Source: Paragordius varius
Taxonomy: Eukaryota > Animalia > Nematomorpha
DNA: 64,000 nt
Assembly: GCA_964247055.1 (NCBI GenBank)
Contig: OZ176055.1
Span: forward strand, 6,510,001 to 6,574,000
Direction: 5' to 3'
Part shown: positions 1 to 11,335 of the stretch, one piece after another
Numbering within the stretch: position 1 is the stretch's first letter
Layout: every line of letters begins with the position of its first letter
The notes under the pieces: model-generated
The model's database searches: none
What the model saw: only the letters and a program-made list of their open reading frames with translations
What the model was told of the DNA's origin: nothing
Made by a program: the position numbers and the translations under genes

Positions 1-6
1 ATATAC

Positions 7-38
<32 letters not shown>

Positions 39-934
39 TGTTAGAGAAATGTATCAGCTAATGCGTTTGATTGGGTTGACTATAAAAAAATTCCAAAAAA
101 TGGTAATTTACTTATGAATTTATTTATAGGTAAATCTTAAAACGTAATCCCGACTTTTTTGAGTCATCATGTAAACGTTATAAAATTGTGAATAACACTT
201 ATTCTACTTCGATGATGCTGATGCAATCACTTCAGAATTTTAATTAAAGGTTGGTTCGTTTTTTAAAATCAAGGTATTCTAAAAAAACAACTTTAAGATA
301 AATTTTAAAACCAATGAGTTTTTAAACAAAATTCTGATGTGAAAGAAATGTTCAGCACAATCGATTATGTATAAAAAATGATTTTCTAATATGTTAAGGT
401 ATTTTATATCGTTTCAATCATGCCTAATAGTATGAAGTACGCTTTAAAACTTTTGCTACAAATTAAATTTTTAAACAAGATATCCATTTTTTCGGAATAT
501 TGATATTTAAATTTCGCATATATATAAATTTTGCACAATCTCTTGCAAATAACATTAGAAGACTTATGTCAAGCAAGAAAACTTGATTCGGACGTGATAA
601 AAAATCATATGATCAAGTAAAACTTTTAGATATAGCAAGTGTGGTGGAGGGCACTTGACAGATATTAAATTATTTTGGAAACTATTTACATATATTATAG
701 GCATGAAATTAATGATATAAATAGTTTTTTGGATAAATTTTGGCTAATTAACCTATTCAAATTGGGTGGATATAAAAGAGATAATTAGAAAAAATCTGCT
801 AATATTTAAGAACAACGCATATAAAAATATGCTATATATATCAATTCCGTGAACCCGAAGAATTGAGTTTCGAAAATTTCTTAAACAATCAAATATTAAT
901 GTAAAATTTTAAATCTCCGTTAAATAAGCGCTTT

Positions 935-1345
935 AACTAATGTAAGATATTTATTTCATCGTAAATTCATCTCGAATGTAATGTTATAATCAATTAAAAA
1001 TAATAATATGATATATTGCATAAACATCTTCTCATTATATTTGCAAATGAACTCCAAACAAAATGAGTAGGAAGACTCCATAATAAATAAGATATGTGCT
1101 AGTGAGTTTGAAAAACTTCAATAAATGCATATTGTATTAATTGTTTATCTTTTTGTGCTTTATTTGATAAATTTGGCTGAAAATGATCAAAATTATTTCC
1201 GTAACATTTGATTTGGGTGGCAAAATGTTACATTCATAAGCAAAAGACTTGAGTTAAGTGTTTTTTATCACCGATTTTTAAGTGTACACTTGCTGCATTA
1301 AGCAAACTTGCGTAACTTGCCACGCTCTTACAGGTCAAATAACTT
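935..1345 (+). repeat. Unclassified dispersed repeat; inverted copy at ~48245-48720
   Basis: aagtgtacacttgctgc, ttttatcaccgat, aaaatgatcaaaat and tttgcaaatgaactcc all recur as reverse complements at 48250-48700. Confidence 0.75.
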
Positions 1346-1733
1346 TTTTATCACCCATAGTTCATGATATATTTTAGGGATATTTTTTGAAAAGAAGCAT
1401 TTAGCTTTCATTAAAAAAATTTTTTAATTAATAATATGCGCAAACGCCATTTTTTGATAGGGAGAAGTTGCCAGAAAAGTATAAATAACTTTCTAATCAC
1501 TTGTAATGGCCAAAATTAAAAATATATCAAAATTCTCAACACATTTATCCATAATATATATTTTATCAGGATATTTTTGAACATGATCTGAAAACGCTAC
1601 ATTTATTCTGAAGTATGGCAGAAAAGGTATAGAGTAGTTTAAGAGACTATAATATAATTCTTTCTATGTAGTTCGATGATGCTGAACATCACTTTAATTT
1701 GATCAAAAAACTTGCTCATCATATAGAAGCTAA

Positions 1734-1958
1734 CACTTTGAATCGAATTGGGGTATCTAAATACCCCAATTTATTTAATTTAATATTTTTTGAAACTACT
1801 GAAAAAACAGTCATTTGAATTTATGCTTCTATCCTGAAAAAAATTAAATATTAAGTTAAATCATCTAAATAAAATTTAGTTTCGACAAAAAACTTCCATA
1901 TCAAACTACTTTGACACCATTTTTTTTTACAACATTTGCAAAATATTTTGTTTTAATA
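1734..1958 (+). repeat. Tandem partial duplicate of the 5' ~225 bp of the piggyBac-like MITE
   Basis: cactttgaatcgaattggggtatctaaatacccc...tttatgcttctatcctga...tcaaactact is repeated directly at 1963-2190. Confidence 0.7.
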
Positions 1959-1962
1959 TTAA

Positions 1963-2527
1963 CACTTCGATTCAAATTGGGGTATCTAAATACCCCAGAC
2001 TAAATTTAAATTAATTAAAAAACTACTGAAGGAAACGGTCCCAATTTAAATTTATGCTTCTATCCTGATAAATATTATATAAATATGCCAAAACATCTTG
2101 ATAAAATTTTGTTGAAAAAAAAAGCTCCATCTCAAACTACTTCGACGCCATTTTTATTTTACAAAATTTTTGCAAAATATCTTTTTTATTTAATTTTAAG
2201 GGTAAAACTAAAGCTAATTTTTTATATAAATTACATCTAACATTGATAGAAATAGAAAAAGCGGTTAGTTTGTATAATTTTTCAATTTTACAATTTGACA
2301 CATGTCACGTTGACGAAATTAGTTTTAGCTTAAAATAAGTAATATCAAGTATTTTTGAATAAAATTTTTTATATATTTCGGTTTATTATTGTTAGATAAG
2401 TGCAAAACTTTGCCATGGTTTCGATTCCTTCTATATTTCTTAAAGAATTTAATTTTAAACAGGCCTGGGGTATCCAACTACCCCAATTTAAATCGAAGGA
2501 CTAAAATGAGTGTGTTGTATCCAAGTG
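1963..2527 (+). mobile_element. piggyBac-like MITE, copy 1 (565 bp)
   Basis: TTAA on both sides (1959-1962, 2528-2531); termini CACTT...AAGTG; 20-bp inner inverted repeat at 1965-1984 and 2479-2498 (1 mismatch), placed asymmetrically. Near-identical copy at 38574-39123. Confidence 0.7.
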
Positions 2528-2559
2528 TTAAAGCTAAAATAAAAGCGATTCTTTATTTA

Positions 2560-3320
2560 AATTTCATTAACGATAAAAACAGAAAAAGTGGTGTATTTTG
2601 GATTATTAACACTGCTCAACAAGGTTTTGCACCACCCCATTATTTTTGCACTTTCTGATACCTAATGGCATGGAAAGGCCAAAACGAAAAAGAAAATTGA
2701 GGCCACCAATAGGATTATTCCGAAATTTAATTTTTAAATTTGTATTTAATTTGAAAATAACAATCATTCCTCGTGTACATATGTTTAAATATTCAAACCA
2801 ACAAGTCGATACAAGTAATATTCCATGCATGAATAAAATTCTAGGCATTAAATAAGATACTATACAAGCTAAGAGCCAAAGTATTAAAAATCTAAAAGGG
2901 GCTTATGTATAGTGTGATAGATCCGGGCGGCTGCACAAGCTCTGCATATCCCCCAAGCGATCCAATTATGCCAGATATGGCAAAGATAACAATAACTAAT
3001 CGTAAAGCCCGATAAGAGAGACTTGCAAGCAAAATCCAGGCAAATTGACATATTAGGGTTAGGGTTAGGGTTAGGAATGGTCTAATCCCATAATAGTAAA
3101 TTCTACTAAAAGTGGCTACACAACATCCATCTGAAATTAAAAATATAAAACAATCAATAATTTTAAAAAATAAAGTATATCCACTAGGTATAAATAAAGG
3201 ATTTTTTGTAAGAATTAACTCAAGAAAAAAGCCTAATAAATACTCGAAAGGACGAAAACTAACAAAAAAATATAGCCTATCTAAATGCCGAAGGTTTAAA
3301 CCATAGAATGCCTTTTTAGT
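2560..3320 (-). pseudogene. Decayed SLC16/monocarboxylate-transporter-like (MFS) pseudogene
   Basis: Minus-strand pieces YYYGIRPF...WILLASLSYRALRLVIVIFAISGIIGSLGGYAELVQP, then a frame change to RFLILWLLACIVSYLMP, then ILLVASIFFFVLAFP*VSESAKIMG. These resemble MCT motifs (KYGSRP, GMILASF, GVIGGLG, NLQPA, FLILGGLLLNCCVAGALMRP). Stops and frameshifts are present and the KRR..A.G segment is missing. Confidence 0.4.
3053..3075 (+). repeat. Interstitial telomere-like (TTAGGG)3TTAGG
   Basis: Read directly from the sequence. Confidence 0.85.
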
Positions 3321-3488
3321 ATTTTTTTAAATTTTTTATACGTATTAAAAATTCACTTGACAGAAAAAGACTAAATTTTGACGTTTAAGTCCGTACTATT
3401 TTTTTCTCTCTGATATTTAAATAACATATTTATATTCAAAAGATAGAGTTTAAAACGCTTTATTAAATGATATTAAGTTTATAATATA

Positions 3489-4210
3489 CTAGCGTGAATC
3501 TCGTGCTGCTACGCAGCCCGAGGAAGTCCTTCGGACTTCTGGGGGGGGGGTTCGAAGTTTGGATTTGAATGGGTATAACGTTTTTCCTGTAGATCACAAA
3601 GCCAGCATTTTCCATTTTTATAAATATATAGATTACCAAAAATAATGTTTTAATATCCATATATCTTTTAACATGCTATACATATGATAGATACTCCTTA
3701 CTCAGCATCTATCATTAAAGAAACGCTTGACTAAAATTTTTGCCTTTTAACAGGCAATACGAAAAATCTTTCTCGAATTTTTACAGTCTCATACCGTGGG
3801 CAAAAAAATACAATCAAAAAAATATTTTTGTGGACTTTGTTTTTTTTGAAAAAAATGGCATTTTACGGGGGGAGCGGGTAAAAAGAGGGCCTAAATCAAA
3901 AAAGTGACTCGGCTATGTTCGGCGCAATCGAAAATAAGTAAATAAAAATCATATTTGAAATTGAATGGTCCAACACGTTCTCCGGAAAATTGTCTCAAAA
4001 ACACGATTTTGTGGACTTCTGTTTTCAAAAAAAACCCGTTTTTCATACGGGGTGGGCCCGAACTGGGGGCCTCTTTCAAAAAAAGGGCGAAGCTATTGTC
4101 GGGACATTTATTAATGATTATATTTTTCGATATTTGGATTTGATTGGGTCTACCGGTTTTCCTGTACCAGATCACAAAGCCAGCATTTTCCATTTTTATA
4201 AATATATAGA
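3489..4210 (-). mobile_element. Non-autonomous Helitron (722 bp)
   Basis: Minus strand starts A|TCTATATATTTATAAAAATGG (4210) and ends with the GC hairpin ctcgggctgcgtagcagcacgag, then CTAG|T (3489). No TSD. Related copies at 48783 and 62660. Confidence 0.85.
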
Positions 4211-4572
4211 TTAACATTTTATTATAAAGTTATATTTAATTTTCTCTCGATTTTCTCTTGTTTTTGAAAAATTAAAAAACCTATAATATTTCAAAATTCT
4301 GATTGGCGGGATCAAAAATTTTTTCACATTCGGTTTTAAAACACTGAAATTAGTCATAATTTAATGAGTGGTGGTGCTTAAAAATGTCTAAATTTGTCGA
4401 CTAGTGAATGCACACATGTCATATTGATAAAATCTTTCCCTTTGAGTTATACATTAAAATAAATAATATCAAGTATAAATGAAATTTTTTATATTTCATT
4501 AAGGTTTTTTAATTTTTGCCGTGGTTTTAATTTCTTCATTTTTAAAGTATTTAATTTTAAAAAGGCCTGAAG

Positions 4573-6603
4573 CATTGGTAATCACCAAAAAAATTTGACG
4601 GGCTAAATAAAATATATTTTTTTTCGAGGGCCATGAACCTTATAATGGCAAATATTCCATAGCTATTTGACAAATATGCACATATTACTCTAAATCAGCA
4701 CGAATTATTTTGCGTATCGCATGATCCAAATAAAAATCGTTTTGCACCATTTAGTTTTAAATTAAAATATTTTGATATTAACCAATAACAAGCCAATCTT
4801 AATACGTCGTCCATATGATCATCGGTTAAGCGATTTCTGTATGTATTCATGGCATACTTCATTTTTAAATATGCCGTCTCACACGTGTAAGTGGAGGGAA
4901 AAACAGTTAGGATAACTGAACACATTTTTTTATATTTTCATATTTATTTGGCACATCTTACCAAAACTCTACATATCTTTCTACTCTACGATTCTCCTTG
5001 AATATAGCCTCCAAAATGGAATCATTTTTGAAATCTAACGAATTCCTTAATGATATGCGCCTGATCAAAACCGAAATGCTCAAATCGCTTAATATTGGAT
5101 CCATATGCCATGGATTTTAAATGAGTTTTAAGCAATTTTTAATATTTTTTAAATTCAAATCTGAATTTCATCTTATATAAATGATAGATGATTGTCTATT
5201 ATTAAATTAATCTCCGCGGTAAATTCTATATTTTCTTCATTAATCGTTTTAAGTGTTGGAAAATATGGGAGTGTTTTATTTATAAAATCTGGATTATATA
5301 TTATTAATTTTTCTTTAAAAGCAATATTTGATTAGCAAATTGGGTTATTATTTTGCTCCTTTAAAGACTTGTATTAAAAATACTAAGTTTGTAAGTAATG
5401 TCAAGCTTAATAAAATCCACCATTTGTCACTATTAATTTCCTCGTCAATTCTGTTATTTTTATGATAATAGAATTTCATAACTTAAAACAAAAAATCTAT
5501 TAAATACTTTGCAAGGCTTAGCCACCTCATACCGGTGTACAAATAATATCATCAAACTCACTGTGGACATCTTTCAGAAGGTTTTTGAATATACGGGATT
5601 TAAATTCTCTGCCACGGATGTGGTTACTCATACCACAAATGTTTTGATTACTGAATTGAGTGATTCATCTTTTACACGCGAGACCAAGTTTTGCTGATGA
5701 ATGAGGTAGCGAAAGGATAAAATATTTTTTATATTTGTTTTTAAAAGAGGAATAAATCCTTTGTTTATTCTAATCATAGAGGGCAGCCAACTGTGCAGAT
5801 CACCAATTTTATAATCCATTATTATCGAAAAAAGTGCTAATTATTTCGAAAAAACTTTCTTTCGTGGTATTATTCATTGGTAAAAATTTTAAAAATTCCT
5901 CGTTGATTATGTTGTCGTTGCAAAATCTCACGAATAGCTCATATTGTGGTGTTGAATTAATATCAGTCCTAGAAATAGCATTAAATATTTGCAGTTTTTA
6001 AGAGTTAATATTGTAATGTTTAAAATATATTTAGACATATCTTGAATGCGACGAGCACATGTTTCAATCAGAAAGGCGAAATTTTTTAATTTGCCTCATG
6101 ATTTGATTTTATGGAAATTATCAACAAAAAAAGTGCAACCATTTATAAGATATTCTTTTATTAGTTGGGAATCAGTAAACGTCATATTTTCCTAAAATAT
6201 AGCAAATTTGATACGAAGCTAATGTTAAAGCTGGGAACTATGGACATAATAGATTCCTAGAATTCCTTAATCTTTTTATATTTTTCGTTTCTTTCCTCGT
6301 GATTTTCAGGTAATTTATGAAAATGGATTGTAAAATGTGTTTCAATATATTATAATTATGTTGTCTTTAATAGAAAGGAAAATAGAATACAGAAACATGT
6401 GCCAAAATTTCGAAATCATTTTAATGTAAGCAAATTTTTCTACATTCAAATTGGGTAAAAAATAAAATCTACGAAATTTCATTCATGTGTATCTTAAAAA
6501 TTCATCAATAAAAAATAATATAAGTATCACTATGGTAATAGCGCAATTTTAGAGCACTCTAAGGGCCGCATGCGGCCCGCGGGCCGCGGTTTGAGTATCA
6601 CTG
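4573..6603 (-). mobile_element. Decayed hAT (Buster/GTF2IRD2-like) DNA transposon
   Basis: Terminus CAGTGATACTCAAACCGCGGCCCGCGGGCCGCATGCGGCCC (minus, 6603). 8-bp TSD gcctgaag (4565-4572) / gcctaaag (6604-6611), nnnTAnnn type. Transposase remnants PSMIRINKGFIPLLK...LIHQQNL (5628-5819) and FPSTYTCETAYLKMKYAMNTYRNRLTDDHM, a hAT dimerisation domain (4770-4925). Confidence 0.85.
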
Positions 6604-6987
6604 GCCTAAAGTATCCCACGACCCCAATTAGAAATAAATGTGTAATTAAATGTTTATATATATATATTGCAAAATAAACAGAACAAACTATTTAGATTTG
6701 AAGACTAATAAACATAATCAAAAAATTGCTTTGTCTTTTAAAGGTAGTTTATCATATTTTAGTAATATTTTTGGATAAAGCTTTTTGCTTCTACCAAAAA
6801 TATATATTTTACATGTGCTAAATTTCCCTTTTGAAATGTTGTTACATAATATTGGCAATAACTTAGATGGTATATACCAAAAAAGCACTATAATAATCAT
6901 ACATTTCTTGACAACTATATGTTTCACTAAAATATATGAGCCCTTCAATTTTGTGTATTTATTTAAGACATATCAATAACTTTTAGC

Positions 6988-7551
6988 ATGTCGGCGGGTT
7001 ATGATTTTCATCACCGGGAACGTGTTGCTCAAAATTACAAAGATAGGTTTAATTAATTATAATTAATTAGTGTTATAACTAAGCGTAAGTTAAAAATTTT
7101 ACTTATCCTTCAAAGTTTATCTTGGACTCTTCTTGTTTTAAAATGTATCGAATCAATATTTGATCGATTCCATGTTCAGTTGCCACCTACACTTGAACTT
7201 TATTTTAATCAAATACCCGAAGCCGCAAATTGGGAATTGATGCTCTTAATATCCATAATTCCAATATTATTCGGTTACGCCTCATTATCTCATAATAATA
7301 AACGTTTCCTCTATGTCTATATATTTGGAATAATATTTTTTTCCTTACTACCATTATCAGCTGCATTTTTCATAGATGTTCCAAATTTAAAATTGTATTT
7401 AACCCATAAAGTTGGTGCAAAATTTTATAATTATCCTCTCATATTAATAAAATATTTATATTTGTTTTTTAACTTGCAATTTGATTTATTATCAATATTT
7501 TATTCATACACACTTTCTACCTATTGGACAAATACTAAAAAATATAAATAA
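6988..7551 (+). CDS. JAGN1: Jagunal homolog (ER membrane protein), 179 aa; join(6988..7046,7071..7551)
   Basis: MSAGYDFHHRERVAQNYKD|SVITKRKLK matches the jagunal DFxHRERVAxHY motif. WE...SIIPILFG...NN segment, four hydrophobic segments and a C-terminal dilysine KKYK. One 24-nt GT-AG intron is required; spliced length 540 nt. Confidence 0.9.
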
Positions 7552-7693
7552 TAATTTTTATTGATATTATACATTATATTTATAAAACATGACAAATATT
7601 GTGATATTACGCAAAACAGAGGGCCTACCTTTGTTTTTTCCAGGTAGATATACCTGCAAACGAATAACATATGATATTGAAAATATTGATTTT

Positions 7694-10600
7694 ATGCTAA
7701 AGTTTTGGTTGGTGATTTTATTGCGCTTCATTACCTGGATTAGGTCTGAAAATGGCGAAAGAAATTATTATGTATTTTTTTCTAATAATTTTAGGCATTT
7801 ATTAAGGAAGTTGGTAAACACCTGCCAGAAAATTTAACTTTCTTGAAGTTTGTGTATAATATTTACCGTTTTAGTGATGATTTAATCTTTTGCTTGCAAA
7901 ATGTTAGCGGGTATGTTATACATCAAGAAGTATGTGTAATAGAAAATCAATTGAGGCCCCCAAACTTGGATATTCCGTCCAAAAATGTAAAATAAATAAA
8001 ATTTAATAGAGCATACAGGTTTTTAATGCCAACATTCTCCGGCTTGCAGATTATGCGTGCAAAGTTCTATTTTTTATCAATGTTATAGATTAAAAATAAT
8101 TTAACAGCATGCAATTTTTTAGCCAATTTATGTGTGCTTTATCATTTTACTGATTCCAATATACTTTGCAAAATATATCACGAAATCGAAGCTGTGCATA
8201 CGGCTAGGTATTTATAATATATAATTATTTTTAGTGCGAATCGGAGCATTTTAATGCCTTCTTTGCAATACAACCAACAAATTTCACTGTTAAAAAATTA
8301 TGTAAGCAGATTATTGTGTTTAATACTATTATTTTTTCTCTTTCTTCCTAGTTATATTAAGGTTATATCCTAGAGCTCAATTTCGTTAATAAACTAGAGT
8401 TTTGAAAGTTATTTTAGTTAAAATTTAATTATAAAACATGGTTTCATGTATTAAAGTTATATTTTTCACAGTTTTGTGACTTCAAAAGTCTAAAATTGGT
8501 ACAGCTCCAGAACAGGATTGAAACGAACAGCTGTTAAAATCAAAATATATCAAGTTTTTGCTGGTAAATGTAGCCTAAAAGCTTTTAAAGTTAATTATTT
8601 ACATTTTCTATCCACCTTAGGCTTTTATTGCTAGCGATTTTGAAAAAAATATAGAAAAAATAGCGGCGAAAAAGTTCGAGATGAGGATTTTTTTACATTT
8701 TTTAAAATTTTTTTGGATGCGCCTAAATGGTTAACGAAATTATATTTTTAAATACCACTTGATACAATAAATACTTTTTAAGATATTCAAATTTCAAATC
8801 GCTTTAGGATTTAAAAATACCCCAAAAGGCAATGGAGTTTTAATATAATTTTTTTTAATATTTTTTATGGTATATTTTTAAAATTAAAAATATTATTTTG
8901 TTAGTTTATTGTTTTAATTTGATAAAAATGCTTTTATTCTTTACAGAACTTGTAGAATTGAGATACTACAACCGATTATAACAAACAACCCATTTTCAAA
9001 TCAATGAAATTAAAGAATTGCTTCTTTTAATGTACTATTAACATTAACCATAATACGATTTTCGTTGAAAAAGAAAAAGTAGCAGCGGAAAAGTTTGGAA
9101 TGATAATTTTATAAAAATTGAATCATGCGCCTCAAGGCTAATGAATGCTATGGCTTAATAATTGAAATATAAAATCGCCCCGAGTTACAAAATACCCCAT
9201 GATTTTAACAGTTACTTGTGTTTTATACCCATATAAATCGAAGTTGTTGGATGAGTCTTTTATTACATTATGCCAAACATTTTGAAAACAAACCACCCCT
9301 TTTTAGGGATGTTCTTATTGTTTTAATAAAACATAAAAAGCAAAACTCCTCTATAACTTTAATACTTTTGAAACCATGTACGTCCATAATAAGCTTATTT
9401 AAAAGCCATTTCTTCTACTATTTCATTTGGATACTTCAGAATTTTTTGAAACAATAATACCTTAATAAAAGATTTTATTAATGTTTGGAAATTGGTTAAA
9501 TGAACATATTTTTTCGTTTAGGACCTCAATAATGCCAGGATTATGGTGACAGCTTTTGACATTCATGGGAGAAATTTGGGGGATTTTGAGATAACTTCCA
9601 TACTTTTGTGCCCCTTACCCAACGCATATTTGGCCAATTCCATTTTGAAAATGCATAAATTTTCCACAATCAAAGTATGATTAATTGTGTAATCGTATTA
9701 ATAATTTCACTAAATATAAACGTAGTATTTATAATCCATATATATTTATATAAAGTGTGCAATTCAACCATCAACTATATGGGATGCTCAATTATCTGAT
9801 ATCATATTTTTTGAGCCATGTAATTATTTCTATTTGCATGTTTTTACAAATTTTAACATTTGTGGATTTGTTGATTAAAATATGTATATTAAAAGTATTT
9901 ATTGTGCTATTTTTGTATCTTTGTGTATGATGCTGAAAATTGAATTTTAAAAGTTGTTATATTAAATTTTTTAAGTAAATATTACATATTTATGAAAGTT
10001 GGCTATTTTTTATGAATGTTTAAGTCTTTTATTTATATAGTTAGGTCATTTTACTCATGGAGAATTAAATTTATTAATATATATAGATATATATCTATAT
10101 GTAATATCTGTTATTCCCGATTTCCATATCTCCGATAATCCGCTTTATATTTTTTACAATCAATCAATCAATTTCAGATTTGGTGATCAATGGTAATAAA
10201 AATGCGTTGAATAAAATTCCCATACCTATTTACATAACCAGTCCAATGGGAAAGTATTTAGACAATGTTGCGGACACCAATTCAGTAGTTTTGGGTGAAA
10301 CATTGTCATCTCCAAATCAAATGTTACCTTCAGCACTTGCTACTGATAAAAGCAATATACGAAAACGTTTTACGTCAAGTATGATAAAAATGAGATTATA
10401 TGAAGAATATTTTTTTTTAAAAAAATTATCGTTAAACTTTAGGTCACAGCTTGCGGAGTTTTATCGTTCAATGGTTTAGGCTTAAGTTGTATATTTTATG
10501 GTTTCATAAAATTTCACCATTAAAATGGTACACCGGCGGTTTCGGTATCCCATTTTTTTCAAATGATTTATTTTGGTATTTGTTTGTCACAATAATTGAA

Positions 10601-11281
10601 AAAATTGCAATTGCTATTATTATTTAAAATTTCAATATATATACTGTCCAAATTTAAATATTAAACGGGGAACATTAAATTATTGGTATTATCTAATTTT
10701 AAATTAATTTTATATATATATACCACTTGTACGGTTTTTTGCACCTTATATAAAAAACAATCATTTATTTATTAGATGATATGTCCACAGCATTTACTAA
10801 CATACCTTTTTACCGACGGTTTTTCTTGTATGAAAATATCGCTTCACCAGTTAGCATTACAAAAGGTAGTGTATGTACACTTCTATAATAATTGAATGAA
10901 TTTTTTAATCATAATTACAACTTATTTTGTAGGAGATTCAAATAGTTCACTTTTTGCAAACTCAATCAATAATAATGAATCACGGCAAAGGGTCATTCCA
11001 TTTTATGTTCAGTATGTTAGTCGGATCGATATTCTGTAATATTTAGAATTAATAACTTAAAAATATATTTTTCATTTAATATATTTTTGACTTAATATTC
11101 GAGTGTTATAATTTAAGTATTATTATCCACATACAATAATTTTAAGAATTAATCAACGAGAAACGCCAAATATTTTGTTTATGATTGAATATGACATGCT
11201 CCAATATCGAAATTTTTTCACATCCTCTGGCACGCTTAAAGAAAATCAAAATGCAGTTAAAGTATAAATTTTTAACGAAAA

Positions 11282-11335
<54 letters not shown>

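Noticed and set aside
43-140. Possible last two exons of an upstream gene, with a 27-nt intron at 103-129
   Set aside because: Splice signals are plausible, but two frames are open, the peptides are unrecognisable, and the context is cut by the window edge.
2560-2900. Stop-codon reassignment (in-frame TAG in hydrophobic frames)
   Set aside because: Intact genes end in TAA/TGA and a 649-codon frame has no internal stops. Pseudogene decay is the simpler explanation.
3463-4217. ORF-track ORFs at 3463-4217 and 49138-49374
   Set aside because: They lie within non-coding Helitron repeats and are not kept in frame between copies.
7589-7693. Upstream in-frame ATG extending TMEM67 by 35 aa
   Set aside because: It is only 37 nt after the JAGN1 stop and would bury the signal-peptide-like MLKFWLVILL segment. 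It cannot be excluded without cDNA.
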